From an uncultured Acidimicrobiales bacterium (GTDB lineage Bacteria; Actinomycetota; Acidimicrobiia; Acidimicrobiales; UBA10347), in assembly GCA_943788915.1 (NCBI GenBank), contig CALSSD010000031.1, positions 1 through 50,232 of the forward strand: a DNA stretch of 50,232 bases, read 5' to 3'. Positions 29,234-39,950 of this stretch are shown in pieces (positions within the stretch are counted from its first letter, which is position 1; the number at the start of each line of letters is the position of its first letter). The translations under genes were made by a program, and so were the position numbers. The notes beneath the pieces were generated by a model that was given only the letters and a program-made list of their open reading frames with translations, searched no databases and had not been told where the DNA came from.

Positions 29234-31018
29234 ATGAGTCTGGACAAGATCCGCAATATTGCGATCATTGCGCACATCGATCACGGCAAATCGACGTTGG
29301 CTGACCGTCTGCTGGAAATATGCGGCACGGTCGAGGCACGGGATATGCGCGCCCAATACCTCGACACGATGGATATCGAGCGCGAGCGCGGCATCACTAT
29401 CAAGCTGCAAAGCGTGCGACTTGAGTGGAAGGGCCATGTCATCAACCTGATCGATACGCCAGGCCACGTCGACTTCGGTTACGAAGTGTCGCGTTCGCTT
29501 GCAGCGTGCGAAGGCGTGGTACTGCTGGTCGACGCAGCACAGGGCATCGAAGCACAGACACTCGCCACCGCCTATCTGGCTGTCGAGAATGACCTCGAAA
29601 TCGTCGGCGTGCTCAACAAGATCGACCTGCCTGCCGCCGAACCCGAGAAATACGCCGCAGAAATCGAACAAGTACTTGGCCTCGATGCCGAAGATCTTCT
29701 GCTCTGTAGCGCCAAGACCGGCATGGGCGTCGAGGCGATCCTCGATGCCATTATCGAGAAGATCCCTGCCCCCGTCGGCGATCCCGATGCCCCGTTACAA
29801 GCACTGATCTTCGACTCACACTTCGATCAGTACCGAGGCGTCGTCAGCTCGCTTCGGGTGATGAACGGTCGCATAGAAGCCGACCAGTCCGTGCGGTTCA
29901 TGCAGGCTGGCAGTGTGCACCCTGTGGACGAAATCGGCGTTCGCTCGCCAGATAACGTGCCGGTCAAGTTGCTCGAAGCGGGCGAGGTCGGTTATCTCAT
30001 CGCCGGCATCAAGGATGTCGGCGAAGCGCGTTCCGGTGAGACTGTTACCGATGCCCGTAACCCGTCACAGGAATTTCTCGATGGCTACCGCGAACCTCAG
30101 CCAATGGTGTTCTGCGGCTTGTACCCAATCGACGGCGACGATTACTCCACACTTCGTGAATCACTCGAGAAGCTCCAGCTGAACGACTCCAGCTTCACCT
30201 ATGCCCCTGAGACGTCGGGCGCTCTTGGCTTCGGCTTCCGTTGTGGCTACCTGGGCCTGCTGCATATGGAGATCGTGCGGGAACGGCTAGAACGCGAGTT
30301 CAACCTGAGTCTGATCGCCACGGCTCCATCGGTGGAGTACATCGTCGACAAGATGAACGGCGAAGAAATCACCATCGACAACCCGAGTGAAATGCCATCT
30401 GGTGCCGAAATCACCGGCATCCGCGAACCGTTCCTGAAAGCCACGATCATCTCGCCATCCGAGTACACCGGCACGCTCATGGACCTCTGCCAGACCCGCC
30501 GTGGCGTAATGGAACGCCTCGACTATCTCTCGCCAGAGCGCATCGAGATGGTCTACCGCATGCCACTCGCCGAAGTCGTCGTCGACTTTTTCGATCAGAT
30601 GAAGAGTCGCACCCAGGGTTACGCCAGCCTCGACTACGAACCGGATGGCTACACCAAGGGCGACCTGGTCAAGGTCGACGTACTCCTCCAGGGCGAGCCT
30701 GTCGATGCTTTCAGTTCCATCGTGCACCGCGACAAGTCTCAAGAATACGGCCGGCGTATGTGCGAAAAGCTCAAGGAACTCATTCCTCGACAACAGTTCG
30801 ATGTGCCGATCCAAGCAGCCATTGGCGGCAACATTATTTCCCGCCAAACCGTCAAGGCGTTCCGAAAGGATGTGACCGCCAAGCTCTACGGCGGTGACGT
30901 GACCCGAAAGAACAAGCTGCTCCAGAAACAAAAAGAGGGCAAGAAGCGCATGAAGTCCATCGGACGCGTGGACATCCCCCAAGAAGCCTTCGTCTCAGCC
31001 TTGAAGCTCGACGAGTAA
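29234..31018 (+). CDS. lepA: Elongation factor 4
   Basis: [42 protein letters not shown]. Confidence 0.98.
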   Translation: MSLDKIRNIAIIAHIDHGKSTLADRLLEICGTVEARDMRAQYLDTMDIERERGITIKLQSVRLEWKGHVINLIDTPGHVDFGYEVSRSLAACEGVVLLVDAAQGIEAQTLATAYLAVENDLEIVGVLNKIDLPAAEPEKYAAEIEQVLGLDAEDLLLCSAKTGMGVEAILDAIIEKIPAPVGDPDAPLQALIFDSHFDQYRGVVSSLRVMNGRIEADQSVRFMQAGSVHPVDEIGVRSPDNVPVKLLEAGEVGYLIAGIKDVGEARSGETVTDARNPSQEFLDGYREPQPMVFCGLYPIDGDDYSTLRESLEKLQLNDSSFTYAPETSGALGFGFRCGYLGLLHMEIVRERLEREFNLSLIATAPSVEYIVDKMNGEEITIDNPSEMPSGAEITGIREPFLKATIISPSEYTGTLMDLCQTRRGVMERLDYLSPERIEMVYRMPLAEVVVDFFDQMKSRTQGYASLDYEPDGYTKGDLVKVDVLLQGEPVDAFSSIVHRDKSQEYGRRMCEKLKELIPRQQFDVPIQAAIGGNIISRQTVKAFRKDVTAKLYGGDVTRKNKLLQKQKEGKKRMKSIGRVDIPQEAFVSALKLDE

Positions 31019-31023
31019 CACCG

Positions 31024-31863
31024 CTACGACGGCGAGACTGGGACGTAGTCTGCGAGGGTGCCGGCTGCAGTTCGCGCGTTGATCAGTGGGCGGTCACCAC
31101 GGGGTTCGTTGATGTTGATAGTGACCGCTTCCTCAGGATTGCCAGGGCATTCCTGGGTTCCCGTCGGTCGATACTGCACGAGTGCGACATAGATCGCGTC
31201 GTCGGTCACAACGACCTGCGGTGGTGCCAAACGATCGCCCATCGGGTGGCCGCTCGAACAGTCCCTGCCCGTCGCCAACAGAGCAATCAAAGTCGATTCG
31301 GGTTCGTTCGGTGTGGCAGGGTCCTCTCGCCAACCAACCTCGCCCAAGCCCTCAGGAAGCGGCACCTGAATCGGGCACGACCCGCCCGTCGCAAGCCGCG
31401 TCGCCATCCAGCCAGAGTCGGTGCGTTCGGCGGCAAGGGTCGTTGCGGCGCCGTCAGCGCCAATGTGGACGATCATGAGCACGTCGTCGGTGTTGATGAA
31501 GGTCCAGTAGCTATCTTGGGGCCAAAAGCCGCCTTCGCCCGATGCCAGGAACTCCTCGAGCGGGACCATCGCCCCATCGGCAACATCTGACTCAGAAAGA
31601 AGGACCGGAGCTCTCAACGCTGCCGCTGGAAATGTGGGAGGTCCTCCGCACTCGACGAGCACATCTGGCTCATAGACACCGTTCGTTGGTAGCACCATGA
31701 TGTTCGGAACGGGGTCACCCTGAGTGAGCCATCTGTCATGCGGAGTACTTCCATCGTCGACAACTGCAACCGGCGCAGCGCTGCCACAACCGAAGGCGAC
31801 GGCGCTTAACGCGAGGAGCCCTGCTACGAACCAGTGACGCCTCGTTTGTTGCATTCGATGCAC
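31024..31863 (-). CDS. Hypothetical lipoprotein
   Basis: Signal peptide with AFGC lipobox; several Cys; start uncertain. Confidence 0.6.
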   Translation of the reverse strand: MHRMQQTRRHWFVAGLLALSAVAFGCGSAAPVAVVDDGSTPHDRWLTQGDPVPNIMVLPTNGVYEPDVLVECGGPPTFPAAALRAPVLLSESDVADGAMVPLEEFLASGEGGFWPQDSYWTFINTDDVLMIVHIGADGAATTLAAERTDSGWMATRLATGGSCPIQVPLPEGLGEVGWREDPATPNEPESTLIALLATGRDCSSGHPMGDRLAPPQVVVTDDAIYVALVQYRPTGTQECPGNPEEAVTININEPRGDRPLINARTAAGTLADYVPVSPS

Positions 31864-31966
31864 ACCCCAGTCTGGCCGAACGACGTGAGCTCGTCATGTC
31901 AGGTGGCACGCGTTGGTACGTGTGGCGTAGGAAGGGCGTGGAGCGAGGCGGAGCCGCTATTCTTAA

Positions 31967-32974
31967 ATGACCATGGCAGACGACCGATTGACTGAACGCA
32001 AGGAAGCCATCTTGCAAGCCGTCGTCGAGGAATACATGACGACTGCCCGACCGGTTGGCTCAGGTCTCGTCACCGAACAGACAGAACTCAAGGTGTCATC
32101 GGCCACCGTGCGCAAGGAACTCGGCGCACTCGAAGAAGAGGGTTTCCTCCACCAGCCCCACACCAGCGCTGGCCGAGTGCCCACTGATAAGGGGTATCGC
32201 TATTTCATCGATGCCCTTATGGGTCCATCGAGCCTCGACTCGACCCAGAACCAGCGCATCAGCGACTTCTTCGCCCATTCACATGGTGAGCTCGAGCGCA
32301 TTCTTCGCGATACCAGCCGGCTGCTCGCAGGTGTGACTGACTACGCGGCTGTGGTGGTGGCTCCCAATCCAGACATCACCAAGATCAGAGCAGTCCAGCT
32401 TGTGTCCCTTGAGCCACGAGTGGTGCTTATGGTCGTGATCTTGTCGAATGGCGGAATAGAGCGACGCACGTTCGAGTTGGATGCCGACATGACGGACGCG
32501 CAGGTTTCGACAGCGCAGCAGTTGGTGGCGCCAGCGATGATCGACGGCACCGAAACCAGCATTCTTCCTTCGGGCGACACCGCCGTTGACACGCTTGTCG
32601 CCGATGCTGTGGGCTCACTCGGTACGAATGACAGTCTCGACGGACGTGTCCATGTGGGTGGGCGTTCTTCGGTCGCTGCGGGCTTCGACGAAACCGAGAC
32701 GGTGGCCCACGTGCTGCAGCTCTTCGAACGACAGTTGCTAGTCGTCACCCTGATCAAGGACGTCCTCGACCGTGGCCTGCGAGTCGCAATCGGTGCCGAA
32801 ACTGGCGTCCAGAACCTCAACGAGTGCTCCCTGGTGGTCGCTCCCTATCAAGTCGAAGGGGCCGATGCTGGTTCGATCGGCGTGCTCGGCCCAACTCATA
32901 TGAACTATCCACAGGCGCTTGCCGCAGTCGCGGTCATATCCAATCAACTCGGCGAACACCTCACACGCGGTTAA
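31967..32974 (+). CDS. hrcA: Heat-inducible transcription repressor
   Basis: SSATVR, QPHTSAGRVPTDKGYRY, GVLGPTHMNY. Confidence 0.96.
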   Translation: MTMADDRLTERKEAILQAVVEEYMTTARPVGSGLVTEQTELKVSSATVRKELGALEEEGFLHQPHTSAGRVPTDKGYRYFIDALMGPSSLDSTQNQRISDFFAHSHGELERILRDTSRLLAGVTDYAAVVVAPNPDITKIRAVQLVSLEPRVVLMVVILSNGGIERRTFELDADMTDAQVSTAQQLVAPAMIDGTETSILPSGDTAVDTLVADAVGSLGTNDSLDGRVHVGGRSSVAAGFDETETVAHVLQLFERQLLVVTLIKDVLDRGLRVAIGAETGVQNLNECSLVVAPYQVEGADAGSIGVLGPTHMNYPQALAAVAVISNQLGEHLTRG

Positions 32975-34096
<1,122 letters not shown>

Positions 34097-34109
34097 TCGG
34101 GCACTACCA

Positions 34110-34796
34110 ATGGCCACTCCCGATCTCCGGATGCAGCCGGGTCCTCACGTCTTCGTCGACAACCTCGATGTTCCAATCCTGAGTAGTGATGACCACCATC
34201 ACCTGTCGCGGTCGTTGCGTTTACGTCACGACGATCCGCTGACGTTGTCCGACGCTCGCGGCAAATGGCGTGCCGCAGTGTTCGGCGACAGCATCGAGCC
34301 CACAGGCCCGGTGTATGAAGTCGATGCGGCGCCGTATCGACTTGGCCTAGGCGTAGCGCTGACCAAGGCGACAAAACCTGAGTTCGCGGTTCAGAAAGCG
34401 ACCGAGATCGGTATTGACGAAGTTGTTGTGTTTCCCGCGGAACACTCTGTTGCCCGATGGGATGAGAGTAAACGCGTACGGAATCAACAACGGTTGTTAA
34501 AAGTCGCACGCGAAGCAGCGATGCAGAGCCGACGGGTCCGGATTCCCACCGTCGAAGTCGTGGAGAATCTGGGATCGTTGGTTGGTCGCCGTGGCCTAGC
34601 CCGAGCTGATTTTGGTGGTATTCCAATGAATTCGGGCCACCGTTTCATCCTTATTGGTCCCGAGGGTGGCTGGTCAGACCGTGAGCGAGCGATGGTTCCA
34701 GCGGTGGCGGATTTGGGGCCAACCGTGTTGCGAGCAGAGACTGCAGCGGTTGTAGCGTCTGCCTTCTTGGTGAATTCTCTGGTCCGAGGCGACTAG
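34110..34796 (+). CDS. rsmE: 16S rRNA m3U1498 methyltransferase
   Basis: QKATEIG, EAAMQSRR, IGPEGG, VLRAETA. Confidence 0.95.
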   Translation: MATPDLRMQPGPHVFVDNLDVPILSSDDHHHLSRSLRLRHDDPLTLSDARGKWRAAVFGDSIEPTGPVYEVDAAPYRLGLGVALTKATKPEFAVQKATEIGIDEVVVFPAEHSVARWDESKRVRNQQRLLKVAREAAMQSRRVRIPTVEVVENLGSLVGRRGLARADFGGIPMNSGHRFILIGPEGGWSDRERAMVPAVADLGPTVLRAETAAVVASAFLVNSLVRGD

Positions 34797-34859
34797 CGAT
34801 TCGTCCCGTAACCACGTGAAGTGGTTTGTAGGGTCACGTAAAGCGTCTACATTGACCGT

Positions 34860-35378
34860 ATGCGCGAAGAGACGGCGGAGCTCGACAACGAATACATAGC
34901 CCAGGTGGGGGAGAGGTTGCGCAGTATCAGGCGACAAAAGCGCATGTCTCTGCTCGATGTTGAGGCAGCCTCTGGGAAAGAATTTAAGGCGTCGGTGCTT
35001 GGAGCCTACGAACGGGGCGAGCGAGCAATCTCGGTGCCCCGTCTGCAGCGTCTTGCTGGCCTCTATACCGTCCCGGTAGCACAGCTACTACCGGCCTCCG
35101 AAGAGAACCTTGATGCCGACGACCGTTCGCTGGGCATGCCATTTGGTGCTCGCACAGCGATGACGATCGACCTTGAACGGGTTCAGAATCTCGAAGGGGC
35201 CGAGGCTGAACTGGTGAACCGGTACCTGCGGGGTATCCAGGTGCAACGGCAAGACTTTAATGGCAAGGTCCTTACCGTGCGGTCCGACGACCTGCGGGCC
35301 CTTGCATGCATGCTCGGTGTCGCCAGCGACGCCGCAGTTAGCCAACTCGAATTGCTGGGCCTTGCCTACCGCGTCTGA
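34860..35378 (+). CDS. bldD: BldD-like XRE regulator
   Basis: N-terminal LRSIRRQKRMSL...FKASVLGAYERGERAISVPRL; C-terminal IDLERV and QRQDFNGKVLTVRSDDLRALA; TACATT 6 nt before ATG. Confidence 0.88.
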   Translation: MREETAELDNEYIAQVGERLRSIRRQKRMSLLDVEAASGKEFKASVLGAYERGERAISVPRLQRLAGLYTVPVAQLLPASEENLDADDRSLGMPFGARTAMTIDLERVQNLEGAEAELVNRYLRGIQVQRQDFNGKVLTVRSDDLRALACMLGVASDAAVSQLELLGLAYRV

Positions 35379-35564
35379 GTAGCTGTGATGCTCTTTGCCT
35401 TCTTGCTTCGCTGCGAAGGCGGCGTTGGCGGGTAGTCCGCCTCGCTCCGCTGCGGCTGTCCGAGCTGAGCAAGTCGACGGTCCCAACAAGCTGTTGCAGC
35501 GTTCCGCTCCGCTCTCACGCAAAGCGCTCTTCCCTCACTGCGGCTTCTGAGGCCCGAAAACGAC

Positions 35565-35592
35565 AACAGGCCGGCGCGAACGCCGACCTGTT
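35565..35592 (-). terminator. Probable intrinsic terminator of gltA
   Basis: AACAGGCCGGCG-CGAA-CGCCGACCTGTT hairpin just after the stop. Confidence 0.6.
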
Positions 35593-35615
35593 ATTCGATT
35601 GTGACTGGAAGCCGG

Positions 35616-36884
35616 TTAGCGGCTGGCCATTGGTACGTAGTCGCGGACGTCGGAGCCCACGTAAAGCTGGCGCGGACGGGTGATCCGGGAGTCCTGCTCC
35701 ATCATCTCGTTGTAGTGAGCCAACCAGCCGGTGACACGAGGAATCGTGAACAACACGGTGAACATCTCTGGCGGGAAGCCAAGCGCCTGGTAGATGAGGC
35801 CCGAGTAGAAGTCGACGTTCGGGTAGAGCTTGCGTGACTTGAAGTACTCGTCGTTGAGCGCAGCTTCTTCGAGCTTGAGCGCAATGTCGAGCTTGGGGTT
35901 TGCGCCGGTCACCTTGAAGACGGCATCCGCCGCTTCCTTGATGATCGTGGCCCGTGGGTCGAAGTTCTTGTACACCCGGTGACCGAAACCCATCAGACGG
36001 CGGTCGCCGCGCTTGACGCCAGCGATGAAGTCATCGACCTGGTCATAGCTGCCGATCTCGTCGAGCATGTTCAGCACTGCTTCGTTGGCGCCACCGTGGC
36101 GAGGGCCATAGAGAGCGCCGGCGGCGGCCGAAACTGCGGAGTACGGATCAGCGTGAGCGCTGCCCACGGTGCGAGCCGTAGTGGTCGAGCAGTTCTGCTC
36201 GTGATCGGCGTGAAGGATGAAGAGGACGTCGAGTGCTTTGGTGATCGCTGGATCGCATTCGTACTTTGGCTCAGCGACCTTGAACATCATTGACAGGAAG
36301 TTGGTGGCGTAGTCGAGATCGTTCTCGGGGTAGACGTACGGCATGCCGATCGAGGACCGGTAACCAGCGGCAGCGAGTGTTGGCAGCTTTGCGATCAGAC
36401 GGGTCGTCTGCAGCATGCGGTTCGCTGGATCCTCGATGTCTTTTGCCTCGGGGTAGAACGTGCCGAGCGCTGCGATCGAAGCCATGAGCATGCCCATGGG
36501 GTGCGCATTGAACTGGAAGCTGTCGACAAAACGACGCCGGAAGTTCTCATGTGTATACGTGTGGGTGGTGATGTCGTGCTGCCACTGTTCGTACTGCGAA
36601 GCGTCAGGAAGTTCGCCCTTCAGAAGCAGATAGGCAACTTCGAGGTAGGTCGAGTCCTTGGCGAGCTGCTCGATCGGGTAACCGCGGTACCGCAGGATCC
36701 CCTCGTCGCCTTTAATGTCGGTGATCGAGCTCAGGCAAGACGATGTCGTCGTGAACCCAGGATCGTTGAACCACAGGCCGGGCAGGTTCTGCTTCCACTG
36801 GCCGCTATCGACGCCGCCATCCTGGATGGGGATTTCAAAAGACTCACCCGTGCGATTGTCGGTGATCGTGATGGATTCGGACAC
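35616..36884 (-). CDS. gltA: Citrate synthase
   Basis: LHADHEQNCST, HGGANE, MGFGHRVYK, YPNVDFYSG. Confidence 0.97.
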   Translation of the reverse strand: MSESITITDNRTGESFEIPIQDGGVDSGQWKQNLPGLWFNDPGFTTTSSCLSSITDIKGDEGILRYRGYPIEQLAKDSTYLEVAYLLLKGELPDASQYEQWQHDITTHTYTHENFRRRFVDSFQFNAHPMGMLMASIAALGTFYPEAKDIEDPANRMLQTTRLIAKLPTLAAAGYRSSIGMPYVYPENDLDYATNFLSMMFKVAEPKYECDPAITKALDVLFILHADHEQNCSTTTARTVGSAHADPYSAVSAAAGALYGPRHGGANEAVLNMLDEIGSYDQVDDFIAGVKRGDRRLMGFGHRVYKNFDPRATIIKEAADAVFKVTGANPKLDIALKLEEAALNDEYFKSRKLYPNVDFYSGLIYQALGFPPEMFTVLFTIPRVTGWLAHYNEMMEQDSRITRPRQLYVGSDVRDYVPMASR

Positions 36885-37066
36885 AAAACTTCCTTATGCG
36901 AGGTCAAAAAACATGTAGAGAAAATGATGGGCGCCAGCTAGCACGATGCGCTCATGGCTAGGACCCCCGTCGACGGGCAGGATATCGCAACACGTCCTGT
37001 TCAATGGAATCGAACGGTCAAGCAAAACCGAGGTGGCGCACCATTGTCGATGCCCGGCGTCGTGGA

Positions 37067-38431
37067 TTAGAGCGGTGAGTTGTCGTGGCGTCGCCGGGGA
37101 AGCCGCTCGCGTTTGGTCGCGAGTAGATCCAGAGCCTCGGCAATTTGGCGCCGGGTGTCGGCTGGGTCGATCACCATGTCGATGGATCCTCGCTCGGCAG
37201 CGACATAGGGATTGAGTAGTCGGGCTTCGTAGTCGGTTTCGATTTCGACCCGTTCCTCGGCCGACGCCGTGCGATGCAGGATTTCGACGGCGCCTTTGGC
37301 GCCCATCACCGCGATCTCGGCCGATGGCCATGCCATGGCAAGGTCATTACCCATCGTTTTGGAGTCCATGACGATGTAGGCACCGCCATAACTTTTGCGG
37401 AGCGTGATCGAGATGCGGGGCACCGTGGCCCGGGCGTAGGCGAACGCGAGTTGTGCGCCGTGACGGATCATGCCTCGCCACTCGAGATCTTTACCGGGTT
37501 GGAAACCAGGGGTATCCACGAACGTCAGGAGTGGGATGTTGAAGGCATCACACAGGCCAACAAAACGAGCACCTTTTTGGCTGGCAGCAATATCGAGTGT
37601 GCCGGCGAGTACCTGGGGCTGGTTGGCCACAATCCCCACGGCATGTCCGCCGACATTGGCGAAGGCCGTGATGAGGTTCCCTGCCCATTGCCCTCGAAGT
37701 TCGGTGATGACTTGGTCATCGGCGATGGCTTCGATCACATGGCGTACGTCGTAGCTGCCGCTGGCGTTCGTCGGCACGATCTCGCGCAGCTCCGGGCATG
37801 GACGATCTACCGAATCAGCGGTCGCGCGAAATGGCGGTAAGTCCGAGTTGGAGTCGGGCAGATAGGACAGGATTTCGCTAACGAGTTCGACGGCGGCGTC
37901 TTCGTCGGCGACAACCGCAGTAACAACGCCGCTGCGTGTCGCATGGACCGACGCACCTCCAAGCTCATCGTGGCCAACCGGAAGGCCAGTGAACTGTTCG
38001 ACCATTGCTGGGCCCGAGACGAAGGCATAGGCATCTTCGACCATGACTACTACGTCGGCGATGCCGAGCATGAGCGCAGGGCCTGACACGATTGGGCCGG
38101 TGGCAACAAGGACCGTTGGTACGATGCCAGAGCACTTGATCATGGCTCGAACCGCGCTACCCCATCCGTGGGCAGCGATGATGCCTTCTCGGACGTCGGC
38201 ACCGGTTGACTGGACGAACCCGACTACCGGATGCCCCTTGGCTCGGGCCAACTCGCACGCAGCGCTAATCGTCAGGCCGTCGGCTTGCGTCATCGAACGG
38301 AGGTCGCCGTCGATCGAGATGCTCACGACCTGATGGCCGTTGATCGAACGTACGCCAGCGCGAACTGACCCTTGGATGCCGGCCCGAAGCTCGATTGAGC
38401 CCGGGCCGTCGGTCATAGGTAGGCCGCTCAT
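37067..38431 (-). CDS. Acyl-CoA carboxylase carboxyltransferase (beta) subunit
   Basis: LGGASVH, VANQP, DTPGFQPG, RKSYGGAYIVM, AVMGAKGA. Confidence 0.92.
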   Translation of the reverse strand: MSGLPMTDGPGSIELRAGIQGSVRAGVRSINGHQVVSISIDGDLRSMTQADGLTISAACELARAKGHPVVGFVQSTGADVREGIIAAHGWGSAVRAMIKCSGIVPTVLVATGPIVSGPALMLGIADVVVMVEDAYAFVSGPAMVEQFTGLPVGHDELGGASVHATRSGVVTAVVADEDAAVELVSEILSYLPDSNSDLPPFRATADSVDRPCPELREIVPTNASGSYDVRHVIEAIADDQVITELRGQWAGNLITAFANVGGHAVGIVANQPQVLAGTLDIAASQKGARFVGLCDAFNIPLLTFVDTPGFQPGKDLEWRGMIRHGAQLAFAYARATVPRISITLRKSYGGAYIVMDSKTMGNDLAMAWPSAEIAVMGAKGAVEILHRTASAEERVEIETDYEARLLNPYVAAERGSIDMVIDPADTRRQIAEALDLLATKRERLPRRRHDNSPL

Positions 38432-38447
38432 GTGGTGGTTCTACTCA

Positions 38448-39410
38448 TCACGGGATTGATAGCACGTTCGGGACCTCAACAGACGCCTGCGGAGAAGATG
38501 TTGTTGCATCGGTGTGACAACCAGGAAGCGAAGCCGCGGCATCTTTCGCGATTTCTTCGATGATGAAAGCGACGGCCTCCAGCGCTCGGGTGGGCTGGCT
38601 GACGCTACGAGTGGTCAGGGCTACCCGACGCGGTGCCATGTCGCTGATTGGTTTGACAACAAGTTCACGTTCGTTGTGGTCGGCCGCAGCCGTGGCGGGA
38701 ATCAACGCCACCCCCACATGTGCCGCAGCCATGGCCTGAACCAACGCACTGCTGCCGACCTCGAGGCCGGTTCGAAGGGGCACGTCAGCCTCGCTGAATG
38801 CCCGGGCGATGTGGTCATACAACGGATTGTCGTGCAGTGGCAGTAGTAACTTGGTTTGCGCCAGGTCACGCAGGGTCACCGATGTCTTGGCAGCAAATGG
38901 ATGGTCGGTCGAAAACACGGCAACGATGTCTTCGGTAAACAACGGTGTCGACCGCAGTTCGGGGTTGCTGGCACCGGTGGTGATCGCTAGGTCTACGTCG
39001 CCAGCGAGCAACTGCTGGACGAGCGTGCCTGAGTGGGCTTCGACCACGCTGACCGATACTTCGGGCAGCTCGCGCGTGGCCCGCGCCAAGGTTGGTGGAA
39101 TCACTGCCAGGCCGATCGACGGAGTTGTGCCGCACACGACGTCGCCAATGATCCTGTCTTCGATAGCAGCGAGGTCGTCGGCGATTGCGCTGAGCTGGCG
39201 AACGATTTCTCGTCCACGCTTTTCAACCACCGAGCCGGCTTGAGTGAGCTGTCGGGTGCGGCGATCCAGCAGTGTGACACCAAGTTCGTCTTCGAGGCGG
39301 GCGACATGGGTGGACACGTTTGACTGGACCGTAAACAGTGCGGTTGCTGCAGCCGAAAACGAGCCATTGTCTACAACGGCGAGAAAAGAACGCACTTGGC
39401 GAAGGTCCAT
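38448..39410 (-). CDS. LysR family regulator
   Basis: GSFSAAATALFTVQSNVSTHVARLEDELGVTLLDR. Confidence 0.95.
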   Translation of the reverse strand: MDLRQVRSFLAVVDNGSFSAAATALFTVQSNVSTHVARLEDELGVTLLDRRTRQLTQAGSVVEKRGREIVRQLSAIADDLAAIEDRIIGDVVCGTTPSIGLAVIPPTLARATRELPEVSVSVVEAHSGTLVQQLLAGDVDLAITTGASNPELRSTPLFTEDIVAVFSTDHPFAAKTSVTLRDLAQTKLLLPLHDNPLYDHIARAFSEADVPLRTGLEVGSSALVQAMAAAHVGVALIPATAAADHNERELVVKPISDMAPRRVALTTRSVSQPTRALEAVAFIIEEIAKDAAASLPGCHTDATTSSPQASVEVPNVLSIP

Positions 39411-39538
39411 CGGTCACTTTCTATCGGGGGAGCGAACGGGGGAGGCGGGTGCCGGGTGCGGCTTGGCGCGGTCATTCGACGGTGATACGCGAACCTTGTC
39501 ACCAGCCGTTCACTCTGGGAGAAGTCGGAATTGTTACA

Positions 39539-39606
39539 GTATCACCAAAAGAGATACTTCATATCGTGGCTACATGTTGGACAAACTACGTGAAGTGTTT
39601 CACAAT
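39539..39606 (+). promoter_or_regulatory. LysR box and sigma70-type promoter of the sRNA, with overlapping CRP/GlxR-like site
   Basis: GTATC-N9-GATAC (39539-39557); TGGACA-17bp-CACAAT (39578-39606); cGTGA-N6-TCACA (39589-39604). Confidence 0.65.
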
Positions 39607-39612
39607 GTCGTT

Positions 39613-39731
39613 AACGCAATCGCAGTGCTTCCCCCCAGCACACACGATTCGAAGGATCTGACGCCGATTTCCCCCCCAGTCGGCTCGATCCCGAAGGAGT
39701 TGGCTTTCCGGCCAGCTCCTTCTTTCTTTTT
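39613..39731 (+). ncRNA. 6C-like small RNA
   Basis: Hairpin 1 GTGCT-TCCCCCC-AGCAC, hairpin 2 GCCGATT-TCCCCCCC-AGTCGGC, then terminator GAAGGAGTTGGC/GCCAGCTCCTTC plus T-tract; 5' end inferred from promoter. Confidence 0.82.
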
Positions 39732-39883
39732 GTCGCACAGTGTTGCAACCACCGTGCCGCTGAACAGCGAGGCCCACAACCAAGCGAGGGATAGAGACAG
39801 AGACAGTGTCGGTGCCGGGCGGTCATTCGATGATCAACGCGGCACGCCGGCAGGTGATGATGCACCCTAGAACCAGACGCGTA

Positions 39884-39913
39884 AGCAGCGCACGACGGAT
39901 GCCGTGCGCTGCT
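39884..39913 (-). terminator. Probable terminator of the acyl-CoA ligase gene
   Basis: AGCAGCGCACG-N8-CGTGCGCTGCT perfect 11-bp stem. Confidence 0.6.
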
Positions 39914-39950
39914 CACTCGATGTTGTGTGGCCTACAAGAAGCGCCGGTTG

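Noticed and set aside
39244..39870. 208-aa ORF across the sRNA locus
   Set aside because: Overlaps lysR antisense, reads through a strong terminator and has no motifs
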